A DNA stretch of 64,000 nucleotides from Sedimentisphaerales bacterium (GTDB lineage: Bacteria; Planctomycetota; Phycisphaerae; Sedimentisphaerales; SM23-30), in the NCBI GenBank assembly GCA_963666285.1, contig OY762711.1, one strand, 5' to 3'. The position numbers and the translations under genes are program-made. Positions 42,372 through 50,938 of this stretch are shown here, one piece after another; positions within the stretch are counted from its first letter, which is position 1; the number at the start of each line of letters is the position of its first letter. A model generated the notes under the pieces. It made no database searches. It was not told the DNA's origin and was given only the letters and a program-made list of their open reading frames with translations.

Positions 42372-45300
42372 ATGAAGCGGACTATCGATGAATTTACCAA
42401 TCTGTATTCTTTGAGTAAGACTTTGCGCTTTGAGCTTAAGCCAGTAGGTGAAACAGCGGAAAAGCTGGAAGAATTCAAAAATGAAGGATTAAAGACAATT
42501 GTCGAACAAGACAAAAATCGGGCAAAGGACTACAAGGAGATAAAAAAGATAATTGATAGCTATCATCGATATTTCATTGATGAAGTATTATCAGGAGAAA
42601 TATTAACTGCTGATGAGATTGTAGAAGCCTATAACCTGTACAGCAATGCCACTAAACCTGGGGCCGCAAAAGAGAAAAAAGAAGAATATGCAAAAACACA
42701 AGAGAAGTTAAGAAAGAAGATTTCCGAGAGGTTTTCTGCTGAGAGCAAGAAATACCATCTTTATAAAGGAGACTTTTCCAAGCTCATCAATATGCAAGGG
42801 TCCGGTAAAAATAAAACTAAAGGCAAATTATGGCACTGGCTAAAAGATAGACTTGATAGCGGAAAAATAACAAAAGAAGAATTTGATCAAGCTGACGAGT
42901 ATATAGCAGACTTTGATAAATTCACAACATACTTTGCTGGCTTTAATCAGAACAGGGATAATCTATATGTAGATAAGGACCAGTCAACTGCTATTGCCTA
43001 TCGCATAGTCCATGAGAATATGGCAAAGCATTTTGAGAATTGTAAGAGAATAAACAAAATTGAAATGGAAGAAAGATATTCAGAACTATCGGAATTACTT
43101 CGCTCTCGAAAAGAGATATTTAAGCCTGCTGAGTTTGTGAAATATCTCGGACAAAAAGGGATTGATATATATAACGAAGCAATCGGTCATAAGGCGGATG
43201 ATATAAATGCAAAAGGTATTAACCAGATAATTAATGAATACCGTCAGAAAAATAATATTAAACCGCGTGAACTGCCTGTAATGACGACATTATACAAGCA
43301 GATATTGAGTGATCGAGAAAACGGATTTGTGATTGATGAATTTTTGAGTGATAAAGAAGTATTTGAAGCTATTCAAGAAGTTAATAGAAGTTTAGTTGAT
43401 TCCGAGCTTGTTGAAAATATTATGAACTGTCTGGATGAATATATGCAAGCAGGCAGCCAAGTTGGAATGTACATAAAAAATGACCTTGCATTGACAGATA
43501 TTTCTCAAAAGTATTTCTGTGACTGGTCTTTAATTGGCAGGGCAATTAATGTTTATGCTGAAGAATCTTTAGGTCTTAATCTGGATAAGCGAGAAGCATT
43601 GAGTAAAGAAGATTTTTACTCAATAGAGTTTGTTCAAAAAACTGTTGATTATTACTATGATTCAATTAATATGCCAGATCAGAAAAAATATTTAGCGGAA
43701 TATTTCAGAGGATTTTCAGTTGATGGTAAATTGTTGAGTGATAGTTTTTGTGAAGCATATAAAGAAGTAGAAGCAGTATTAAAACAGGAAGAACTGAATA
43801 AAGACAGGCGGGTCCCCAAGGATGAAAAAGACAAAGGTGGAAAAGGATTTCAACAGATAGAGAAAATAAAGAAGTACCTGGACAGCGTGTTGGCAATTCA
43901 ACATTTTCTGAAACCACTATATATGATGAAAAGCGGCAAGATGATAGAGTTGGGAGAGAAAAACAGTGACTTTTATGACAGATTTAATCCGCTATATGAG
44001 AGTCTTTCAGACATTATCGGAGTATACAATAAAGTAAGGAATTATGTAACGAAAAAGCCCTACAAAACTGACAAATTTAAGATCAATTTTGAAAATAGCA
44101 CATTACTTGACGGTTGGGATGTTAATAAAGAAATTGCTAATAATAGCGTTTTATTATTCAAAGATAACAAATATTTCCTTGGAGTAATGAAAAAAGATTC
44201 TAACAATATGTTTAATTACAGACAGGAAGCAGATGATTCAAAAAACAAGTTGGAAGCTAAGAAAGCAATAGAGAAAAAGATAATAGCAACTGAATCTGAA
44301 GAATACTATGAAAAAATGGTTTACAAGCTTTTGCCAGATCCATCAAAAATGCTTCCAAAGGTATTTTTTAGTAAAAAGAACATCAATTATTATAGCCCTA
44401 CACAAGAAGTTTTGGAAATTCGAGAAAAAGGGTTATTTAAGAAGGCTGCAAACGACAAAAAATCAATGTATAAATGGATTGATTTCATGAAAGAATCTTT
44501 AGGGAGTCACCCTGAGTGGAATCAATATTTTGATTTCACTTTCACAAAAACTAAAGAATTTAGAGATAGTAGTGAGTTTTACAAAGAAGTTGCCGAACAG
44601 GGATATAGCCTAACATATGATAGAATCAAGAAATCATATATTGACGAACATGTTGCTAAGGGTAATTTATATCTATTTGAGATATACAATAAGGATATGT
44701 CGCCATACAGCAAGGGCAGGCCCAACCTCCATACAAGTTACTGGAAACTGTTATTTGCCCATGAAAACCTTAATGATCTTGTTATTAAATTAAATGGTCA
44801 AGCAGAAGTATTTTTCCGCCCACGATCGTTGAAAAAGAAAGAAACGGCAGTACACAAAGCAAATGAGGCAATAGAAAACAAGAACCCACTGAATGCCAAA
44901 AAGATTAGCAGATTTAACTATGATATAATAAAAGACAAAAGGTTCACACAAGATAAGTTTTTCTTTCACTGCCCTATCACGCTAAATTTCAAATCGGGTG
45001 GATTTGGCAAATTCAATGACAAAGTAATTGAGTTTTTGAGAAATAATCCAGATGTTTGTATTATTGGAATAGATAGAGGCGAACGTCATCTGCTGTATTA
45101 TACAGTTATAAATCAAAAAGGTGTAATCTTGGAACAAGGGAGTTTTAATACTATAACCAGCAATATGACAAGTGAAGGTAAGAAAGTCCCAATGACGACG
45201 GATTATCATAATCTGCTTGATAAAAAAGAGAAGGAGCGAGATGCTGCACGGAAAAGCTGGTCAGCAGTAGAGAATATAAAAGAACTCAAAAGCGGCTATT

Positions 45301-46244
45301 TGTCTCATGTAGTACACAAGCTGGCAACACTTATGGTTAAGCATAATGCTATAGTATGCCTGGAGGATCTGAATTTCGGGTTTAAACGCGGCAGGTTTAA
45401 ATTTGAAAAACAGGTATATCAGAAGTTTGAAAAAGCTCTTATAGATAAGTTGAATTACCTGGTATTTAAGGATAATAAACCGGAGGAAGCCGGACATTAT
45501 CTGAAAGCTTATCAGTTGACGGCTCCATTTGAGAGTTTTCAAAAGCTGGGAAAACAGAGCGGTTTTTTGTTTTATGTAACAAGTGACTATACATCAAAGA
45601 TTGATCCGGTGACAGGATTTGCCAATCGTATTAATACTAGGTACGAATCGGTCGAAAAGAGTTGTAAGCTTTTTGAGAAATTTGAGAGTATCCGGTATAG
45701 TCCAGAGAAGAATTATTTTGAATTTGTAATTGATTACTCACAACTGGAAGGAAGCGGGCTAGAGAAATGGACTATCTGTACGCACGGCAAGGAACGTTAC
45801 AGATATAACAGGGAAAAACAGAATTATGAATGTTATGACGTAACTTCAAACCTGAAAGATCTGTTTAGGTCAGAGCAAATAGAATATACAGCGGGAAAAG
45901 ATATAAGAGCCGACATTTTAGCTAGGAAAGAGAAGAAATATGCTGATTTCTTCAGGAAGTTACTATTCAACGTTTCATTAACAGTCCAATTGAGACATAC
46001 ATATAAAGTTAATAGCGAAGAGAAAGACTTTATTCTATCACCAGTAGCAAAAAATGGTAAGTTTTTTGACTCTCGTGAATACGAGAGTATAGAGAATTCG
46101 CAATTACCAATAAATGCAGATGCCAACGGAGCATATAATATAGCCAGGAAAGGTCTGCTGACATTATTAAAGCAAATTAATGAAGGAAATAAACCCTCAG
46201 CAATTAGGAATGCAGACTGGTTTGATTTTGTGCAGAAAAGATAA
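42372..46244 (+). CDS. cas12a: Type V-A CRISPR effector Cas12a (Cpf1)
   Basis: FTNLYSLSKTLRFELKP, DGWDVNKE, YKLLP..KMLPKVFFS, IIGIDRGERHL, LEDLNFGFKRGR, DANGAYNIARKG. Confidence 0.99.
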   Translation: MKRTIDEFTNLYSLSKTLRFELKPVGETAEKLEEFKNEGLKTIVEQDKNRAKDYKEIKKIIDSYHRYFIDEVLSGEILTADEIVEAYNLYSNATKPGAAKEKKEEYAKTQEKLRKKISERFSAESKKYHLYKGDFSKLINMQGSGKNKTKGKLWHWLKDRLDSGKITKEEFDQADEYIADFDKFTTYFAGFNQNRDNLYVDKDQSTAIAYRIVHENMAKHFENCKRINKIEMEERYSELSELLRSRKEIFKPAEFVKYLGQKGIDIYNEAIGHKADDINAKGINQIINEYRQKNNIKPRELPVMTTLYKQILSDRENGFVIDEFLSDKEVFEAIQEVNRSLVDSELVENIMNCLDEYMQAGSQVGMYIKNDLALTDISQKYFCDWSLIGRAINVYAEESLGLNLDKREALSKEDFYSIEFVQKTVDYYYDSINMPDQKKYLAEYFRGFSVDGKLLSDSFCEAYKEVEAVLKQEELNKDRRVPKDEKDKGGKGFQQIEKIKKYLDSVLAIQHFLKPLYMMKSGKMIELGEKNSDFYDRFNPLYESLSDIIGVYNKVRNYVTKKPYKTDKFKINFENSTLLDGWDVNKEIANNSVLLFKDNKYFLGVMKKDSNNMFNYRQEADDSKNKLEAKKAIEKKIIATESEEYYEKMVYKLLPDPSKMLPKVFFSKKNINYYSPTQEVLEIREKGLFKKAANDKKSMYKWIDFMKESLGSHPEWNQYFDFTFTKTKEFRDSSEFYKEVAEQGYSLTYDRIKKSYIDEHVAKGNLYLFEIYNKDMSPYSKGRPNLHTSYWKLLFAHENLNDLVIKLNGQAEVFFRPRSLKKKETAVHKANEAIENKNPLNAKKISRFNYDIIKDKRFTQDKFFFHCPITLNFKSGGFGKFNDKVIEFLRNNPDVCIIGIDRGERHLLYYTVINQKGVILEQGSFNTITSNMTSEGKKVPMTTDYHNLLDKKEKERDAARKSWSAVENIKELKSGYLSHVVHKLATLMVKHNAIVCLEDLNFGFKRGRFKFEKQVYQKFEKALIDKLNYLVFKDNKPEEAGHYLKAYQLTAPFESFQKLGKQSGFLFYVTSDYTSKIDPVTGFANRINTRYESVEKSCKLFEKFESIRYSPEKNYFEFVIDYSQLEGSGLEKWTICTHGKERYRYNREKQNYECYDVTSNLKDLFRSEQIEYTAGKDIRADILARKEKKYADFFRKLLFNVSLTVQLRHTYKVNSEEKDFILSPVAKNGKFFDSREYESIENSQLPINADANGAYNIARKGLLTLLKQINEGNKPSAIRNADWFDFVQKR

Positions 46245-46339
46245 AAAATAATTTAGTTAAGTTCTTTGACAATTAAATACGATATATCATACAAGATATA
46301 TAATTAATATGAGTGCAGTTCATTTGAGTGAGGTCATAG

Positions 46340-46903
46340 ATGGAGAGCTATATACCCATATCATATCTGAATGATTTTATATTTTGTCCGAGGTCGATCT
46401 ATTTCCATCAGCTCCATGGCCGGTTAAGCACGAAATTGTACCATGATGTCGCCCAGACAGCCGGTCGTGCAGCTCATGAAGCAATAGACAATAAGAAATA
46501 TTCCACTCGCAAGAATATTTTGCAGGGTATAGAGGTATATTGCTCTCAATACAATATTGCCGGTAAGATCGATATTTTTGACATTAAAACCGGTTTACTG
46601 ACTGAGCGTAAGAAGCAGATCAAAGCAATTTACGACGGCTATGTGTTCCAGTTATATGCCCAGTATTTCGGTTTGACAGAGGCTGGCTATGCGGTGAAAA
46701 CCATTCGTTTTTACAGTCGTGATGATAACAAGGTATGGCCGGTAGAATTACCAGACAATAATCAAGAAATGTTTGCTAAATTTGAAGAAACAGTTCGGCA
46801 AATACACAATTATGACCTCAATAATTATCGTCAGACAAATATAAAAAAATGTGAGAACTGCATATATGAGCCATTATGCGACCAATCTTTAGCGTTCAGA
46901 TAA
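46340..46903 (+). CDS. cas4: Cas4 (type V-A)
   Basis: ISYLNDFIFCPRSIYFH, GKID, ERK, QLYAQY, C..C.Y..LC. Confidence 0.95.
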   Translation: MESYIPISYLNDFIFCPRSIYFHQLHGRLSTKLYHDVAQTAGRAAHEAIDNKKYSTRKNILQGIEVYCSQYNIAGKIDIFDIKTGLLTERKKQIKAIYDGYVFQLYAQYFGLTEAGYAVKTIRFYSRDDNKVWPVELPDNNQEMFAKFEETVRQIHNYDLNNYRQTNIKKCENCIYEPLCDQSLAFR

Positions 46904-46918
46904 TAGAAGGGTAATGTT

Positions 46919-47902
46919 ATGTTAAGCGCACCAGATTTCAAACAGAAGCAAATTATCTTTGCCATGTTAAGCCATGGTGAACACTTAAGCTTTAAAAATG
47001 ACAATGTAATAATAAAAGACAGTGAAGGGGCGATCAAGCATCAATCAACATGCTACAGGCTGTTTGCTCTATTGATAGTAGGTCATATAAGCATAACAAG
47101 CGGTTTACTACAGCGAGCCGAGAAATTTGGCTTTACAATAGTACTAATGACCCATACCTTACGAGTTTACGGATTGTGGTCTTGCGGAGCTGAAGGCAAT
47201 GTCTTGCTGCGGAAGAAACAATATGATTATGAAAACTTATCTATAGCAAAACATATAGTCAAGAATAAGATCTTTAATCAATTATCAGCACTAAAACGTA
47301 TTCGAGGTAAAACAGAATCGCAACAAGCAGGGATAACAGACCTGCAATCATATTTGGAGCGTCTGGAAGAAACAAAAGATTTTGATTTACAGGAAATACT
47401 CGGTATAGAAGGAACTGCCGGTCGGTCATATTTCAAGAACATCTTTTCGGATTATAACTGGCAAGGTCGCCGTCCACGAGTAAAGCATGATATGACTAAC
47501 TGCATGATGGACATAGGCTATACGCTACTTTTTAACATAATAGAAGCCTTGCTCAAGGTGTATGGTTTTGACTTATATCGAGGTGTATATCATCAGGAAT
47601 TTTATCAGAGGAAATCGCTGGTATGCGACCTGGTTGAGCCGTTCAGGCCTTTGATTGACTGGCAAATACGGAAGTCATACAATTTGGGCCAGGTAAAGGA
47701 AAAAGATTTTACTATACGCCAGAATCAATATTGCCTATACGGTAAATCTGCAGGCCCATATATTGTAAATCTGCTTGAGCCGCTAATAAAAGAGAAGCAG
47801 AATATATTTCTCTATGTTCAGGGTTATTACCGCAGTTTTATGAAGGGCAAGGAAGCAGAAGAATTTCCATTTTATGAAATGGAGGCAGGTAAATGCTTAT
47901 AG
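46919..47902 (+). CDS. cas1: Cas1 (type V-A)
   Basis: GIEG..GR.YF, N..MDIGYT, GVYH..F..RKSLVCDLVEPFRP. Confidence 0.97.
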   Translation: MLSAPDFKQKQIIFAMLSHGEHLSFKNDNVIIKDSEGAIKHQSTCYRLFALLIVGHISITSGLLQRAEKFGFTIVLMTHTLRVYGLWSCGAEGNVLLRKKQYDYENLSIAKHIVKNKIFNQLSALKRIRGKTESQQAGITDLQSYLERLEETKDFDLQEILGIEGTAGRSYFKNIFSDYNWQGRRPRVKHDMTNCMMDIGYTLLFNIIEALLKVYGFDLYRGVYHQEFYQRKSLVCDLVEPFRPLIDWQIRKSYNLGQVKEKDFTIRQNQYCLYGKSAGPYIVNLLEPLIKEKQNIFLYVQGYYRSFMKGKEAEEFPFYEMEAGKCL

Positions 47903-48168
47903 TGTCATATGATATAAGTGACGACAAATTACGAACACGCTTTGCAAAATACTTGAAAAAGTTTGGATATAGATTACAATATTCGGTGTTCGAGGTGCGA
48001 AACAGTCCTCGCGTTCTAAACTGCATAGCAACTGAAATAGACAGTAATTTCGGTAAACAGTTCGAACAGAAAGACAGTGTAATAATATTTAACCTAAGCC
48101 AACAGTGCAAAAAGTACTGTTACGGTTATGCCCGAAATGACCAGGACGATTTGATAGTAATTGATTGA
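47893..48168 (+). CDS. cas2: Cas2
   Basis: MLIVSYDISDDKLR..L.KFG.RLQYSVFE. Confidence 0.97.
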   Translation: MLIVSYDISDDKLRTRFAKYLKKFGYRLQYSVFEVRNSPRVLNCIATEIDSNFGKQFEQKDSVIIFNLSQQCKKYCYGYARNDQDDLIVID

Positions 48169-48294
48169 AATGTAAACCCTGGTATTAATGGCCTGCGAAC
48201 CGTTAATATAGTTGAAAATATGCCGATTATAACGATTATATCTGGATTTGCCTGTAAACTTACACAATCTGTAATGTTTGTACGAAGAATAGCC
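48169..48294 (+). promoter_or_regulatory. CRISPR leader
   Basis: AT-rich 126 nt between cas2 and the first repeat. Confidence 0.7.
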
Positions 48295-48918
48295 GTCTAG
48301 AAGACATATTAAATTTCTACTGTTGTAGATGTTTTAGAACCACAGATGGACACGGAGTCTAGAAGACATATTAAATTTCTACTGTTGTAGATTCGATTCC
48401 TTACCACCCGCAGAGCAAGTCTAGAAGACATATTAAATTTCTACTGTTGTAGATTACGATCAGCATTGGTTAAATCAGCAGGTCTAGAAGACATATTAAA
48501 TTTCTACTGTTGTAGATTTCTTACTTGGTGTTATCTCTCAAATAGGTCTAGAAGACATATTAAATTTCTACTGTTGTAGATCTAAGTCGCATGCTCTGTG
48601 AATTACAGTCTAGAAGACATATTAAATTTCTACTGTTGTAGATCTGATATCATGGACGGATTATAAGCTTGTCTAGAAGACATATTAAATTTCTACTGTT
48701 GTAGATATAATAATTAGTATCTCTTTTGCTTTGGTCTAGAAGACATATTAAATTTCTACTGTTGTAGATTTACAATATCTTTTGCCTCAATATCTGTCTA
48801 GAAGACATATTAAATTTCTACTGTTGTAGATCGAACGTATACCCCCCTGTCTTCAGGGGTCTAGAAGACATATTAAATTTCTACTGTTGTAGATATAGTT
48901 TCGTGCCTTTCGTGTTTT
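48295..48918 (+). CRISPR. Type V-A array, part 1: repeats 1-10, spacers 1-9 (26-28 nt), left part of spacer 10
   Basis: Repeat GTCTAGAAGACATATTAAATTTCTACTGTTGTAGAT at 48295, 48357, 48419, 48482, 48546, 48608, 48671, 48734, 48796, 48859; canonical Cas12a handle. Confidence 0.99.
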
Positions 48919-49041
48919 TCTATGAAGCCAGAATGCAACATTAATTTTCTAATTTTATTCATTTTTGCTATAATTCCTTTATCTTGCAAAGGATAGGGCT
49001 CTGCTGAGGAGCAACCCGAGCGTTGCAAGTTGTCGAGAAGC

Positions 49042-49070
49042 CGGGGCGGTTTTACACCGCCTCGTTTTTT
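49042..49070 (+). terminator. Intrinsic terminator inside IS
   Basis: CGGGGCGGT-tttac-ACCGCCTCG-TTTTTT. Confidence 0.75.
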
Positions 49071-49139
49071 GCTTTTTGACCTTATGCGATAAACCTATTT
49101 AAAACAATTTTCGCGTAGCGAATCATTATTTACCTGATT

Positions 49140-49270
49140 GTTTCATCTTTCTATCCGGAGTGTCCGAGGCTGTATTTTACGCCATGGTTCCATTATATAT
49201 ATTGCGATACGGCTTAATTTTCGTGTCAGGTTCAAAACCCAAATGCACGACCAAGGTTCCGTATCGATTT
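49140..49270 (-). ncRNA. Putative bridge/seek RNA of the IS1111-type element
   Basis: Stem CGATACGG/CCGTATCG enclosing matches to the insertion site; adjacent hairpin flanked by matches to the element ends. Confidence 0.7.
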
Positions 49271-49319
49271 CAATCGGGAAAAATCATAGGTAATATTTTA
49301 TCTTTTACTTATATTGGTA

Positions 49320-50366
49320 TCAAACACTTTGCAACTCGGGCATCTGCCAACTTGTCCCATCTCGCATCATCGCCCACAATCGTACGAACAACCGTCGGGC
49401 TGTAGCTACTATCGCTATTTTTGCACGAGTTTTACTTCCCCTCTTTATTCTTTCGTATGTTTCTTTTATCCATGGATTCCAACGCAAACCCAGCCAGCAA
49501 ACCTCAACAAGTAATGCTCGCAATAACCTATTGCCATATTTACTTATCCGCCCATGACGGTCTGTATTACCTGATTGGTACTGACGCGGTGTCATACCAA
49601 TATAGCTGCCAACTTGTTTGCAATTCTTAAATCTATGTGGATCATCAATATAAGCTGCAACTGCCTCTGCCAGACGTGGGCCAACTCCGGGAACAGTCTG
49701 TAATAGTTTTACTTTTTCATCAGTACTATTTAACTCTTCCAGTTTATCTTCAACTACTTGCAAAGCGTCTGTTAATTGTTCCAGTAATATAAGCTCGCTC
49801 CATAGATTGCCTTTCCAGAGCTCATCTGGTTTAACTTTATCCATTGGCATAGCCATACTTCTTAACTGTTCCAGATTCTGCTTAGACCAGCACTTTCTGC
49901 CTGACGGCAACGAATACGCCTGGGCATTTAATAAAGAACGAATAGTATTTTTTACCTGAGTTATCCGTTCTGTAAGGCTCTGGCGATAATTAATTAAAGA
50001 TCGTTTCTCGCGAATTTCCTTTTTAGGAACATAGACAGTTGATAAATCTCCTAAAGCAGCACGCTTGGCCAGCCAAAATGCATCCTTTTTATCTGTTTTC
50101 TTCTTCAATTTTCTGCCAGACCATTCGCCGGTATTAGTATTTGCCACTTCATATTTTAATTCCAGGGTGTCAAAAAGGTCACAAATCCAGCCTATGATAT
50201 CACAAGCCTCAAATACAATAAGATCAGCAGGGTGAGATACTGCCAGGTCATGAAGCTCTTGAGGGTTAGTCTTAAACGACTTATATGTAGCCTTACAGCT
50301 TTTTACCTCATAAAAACAAACTACACTCTTGAATTTTCCTAAATCAATTGACATAATAGTCTTCAT
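49320..50366 (-). CDS. IS110-family DEDD recombinase/transposase
   Basis: IDLGK, VFEA, KTDKKDA (DEDD); TVPGVG; YIGMTP.QYQSG (catalytic Ser); AIVATARRL. Confidence 0.97.
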   Translation of the reverse strand: MKTIMSIDLGKFKSVVCFYEVKSCKATYKSFKTNPQELHDLAVSHPADLIVFEACDIIGWICDLFDTLELKYEVANTNTGEWSGRKLKKKTDKKDAFWLAKRAALGDLSTVYVPKKEIREKRSLINYRQSLTERITQVKNTIRSLLNAQAYSLPSGRKCWSKQNLEQLRSMAMPMDKVKPDELWKGNLWSELILLEQLTDALQVVEDKLEELNSTDEKVKLLQTVPGVGPRLAEAVAAYIDDPHRFKNCKQVGSYIGMTPRQYQSGNTDRHGRISKYGNRLLRALLVEVCWLGLRWNPWIKETYERIKRGSKTRAKIAIVATARRLFVRLWAMMRDGTSWQMPELQSV

Positions 50367-50489
50367 AGCCAGAATACTCCGTATAAAATAGGTTAAATAT
50401 TTGAGCGTCCCTGTGACAGCTCGTGCTAAAATTATTGTGTATTATAACACAAGCCATGCTACAGGAATATTCTGGCTTTCATTGTATTT

Positions 50490-50718
50490 TCGTGGTCTAG
50501 AAGACATATTAAATTTCTACTGTTGTAGATTCACATCATCGCTTATTGATGAAGATGGTCTAGAAGACATATTAAATTTCTACTGTTGTAGATTTGCCTT
50601 CTTTCTTTTAAGTTTTATAGTCTAGAAGACATATTAAATTTCTACTGTTGTAGATTAAAAAAGGTGACGTGATCGATTATGGGTCTAGAAGACATATTAA
50701 ATTTCTACTGTTGTAGAT
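50490..50718 (+). CRISPR. Type V-A array, part 2: end of spacer 10, repeats 11-14, spacers 11-13
   Basis: Same repeat at 50495, 50558, 50620, 50683. Confidence 0.99.
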
Positions 50719-50816
50719 TTGGCTCCGCCCTTAGAACATACGAGCAGTTGAACAGTAAAAAGAGGAGAGAGGCGGGAAGAAATTATAAATTATAAATGTT
50801 GAATTATGAAAAAAAA

Positions 50817-50867
50817 TCTCATCTTTTATCGGATTCCATATAAGGGAGAACCAGATAAAAGATGAGA
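50817..50867. terminator. Hairpin between array and convergent lysA
   Basis: TCTCATCTTTTATC-N23-GATAAAAGATGAGA; A-run on the left gives a U tract for the minus strand. Confidence 0.55.
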
Positions 50868-50938
50868 AAAGTTATATGTAAAGATCGCATTAAATCCACC
50901 ATTAAACTAGTGGACCGGCAGCCCTGAGACAAGGCTAT

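Larger units (their letters stand above)
48919..50489 (-). mobile_element. IS110-family, IS1111-group insertion sequence inside CRISPR spacer 10
   Basis: Subterminal IRs ATGAAGCCAGAAT (48922..48934) / ATTCTGGCTTTCAT (50469..50482); long non-coding region downstream of tnp; exact ends ambiguous within T runs. Confidence 0.9.

Noticed and set aside
49083..49127. 14-codon minus-strand ORF (MIRYAKIVLNRFIA) as a type I toxin
   Set aside because: Too short and not convincingly hydrophobic; no supporting evidence.
50401..50625. 74-aa ORF with repeated GLEDILNFYCCRF
   Set aside because: Translation artefact of the CRISPR repeats.
48331..50682. Spacer matches elsewhere in this window
   Set aside because: None found by eye; a computed search is needed to exclude them.
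50719..50790. Degenerate 15th repeat after a 28-nt trailer
   Set aside because: GTTGAACAGTAAAA.. has no real similarity to the repeat.
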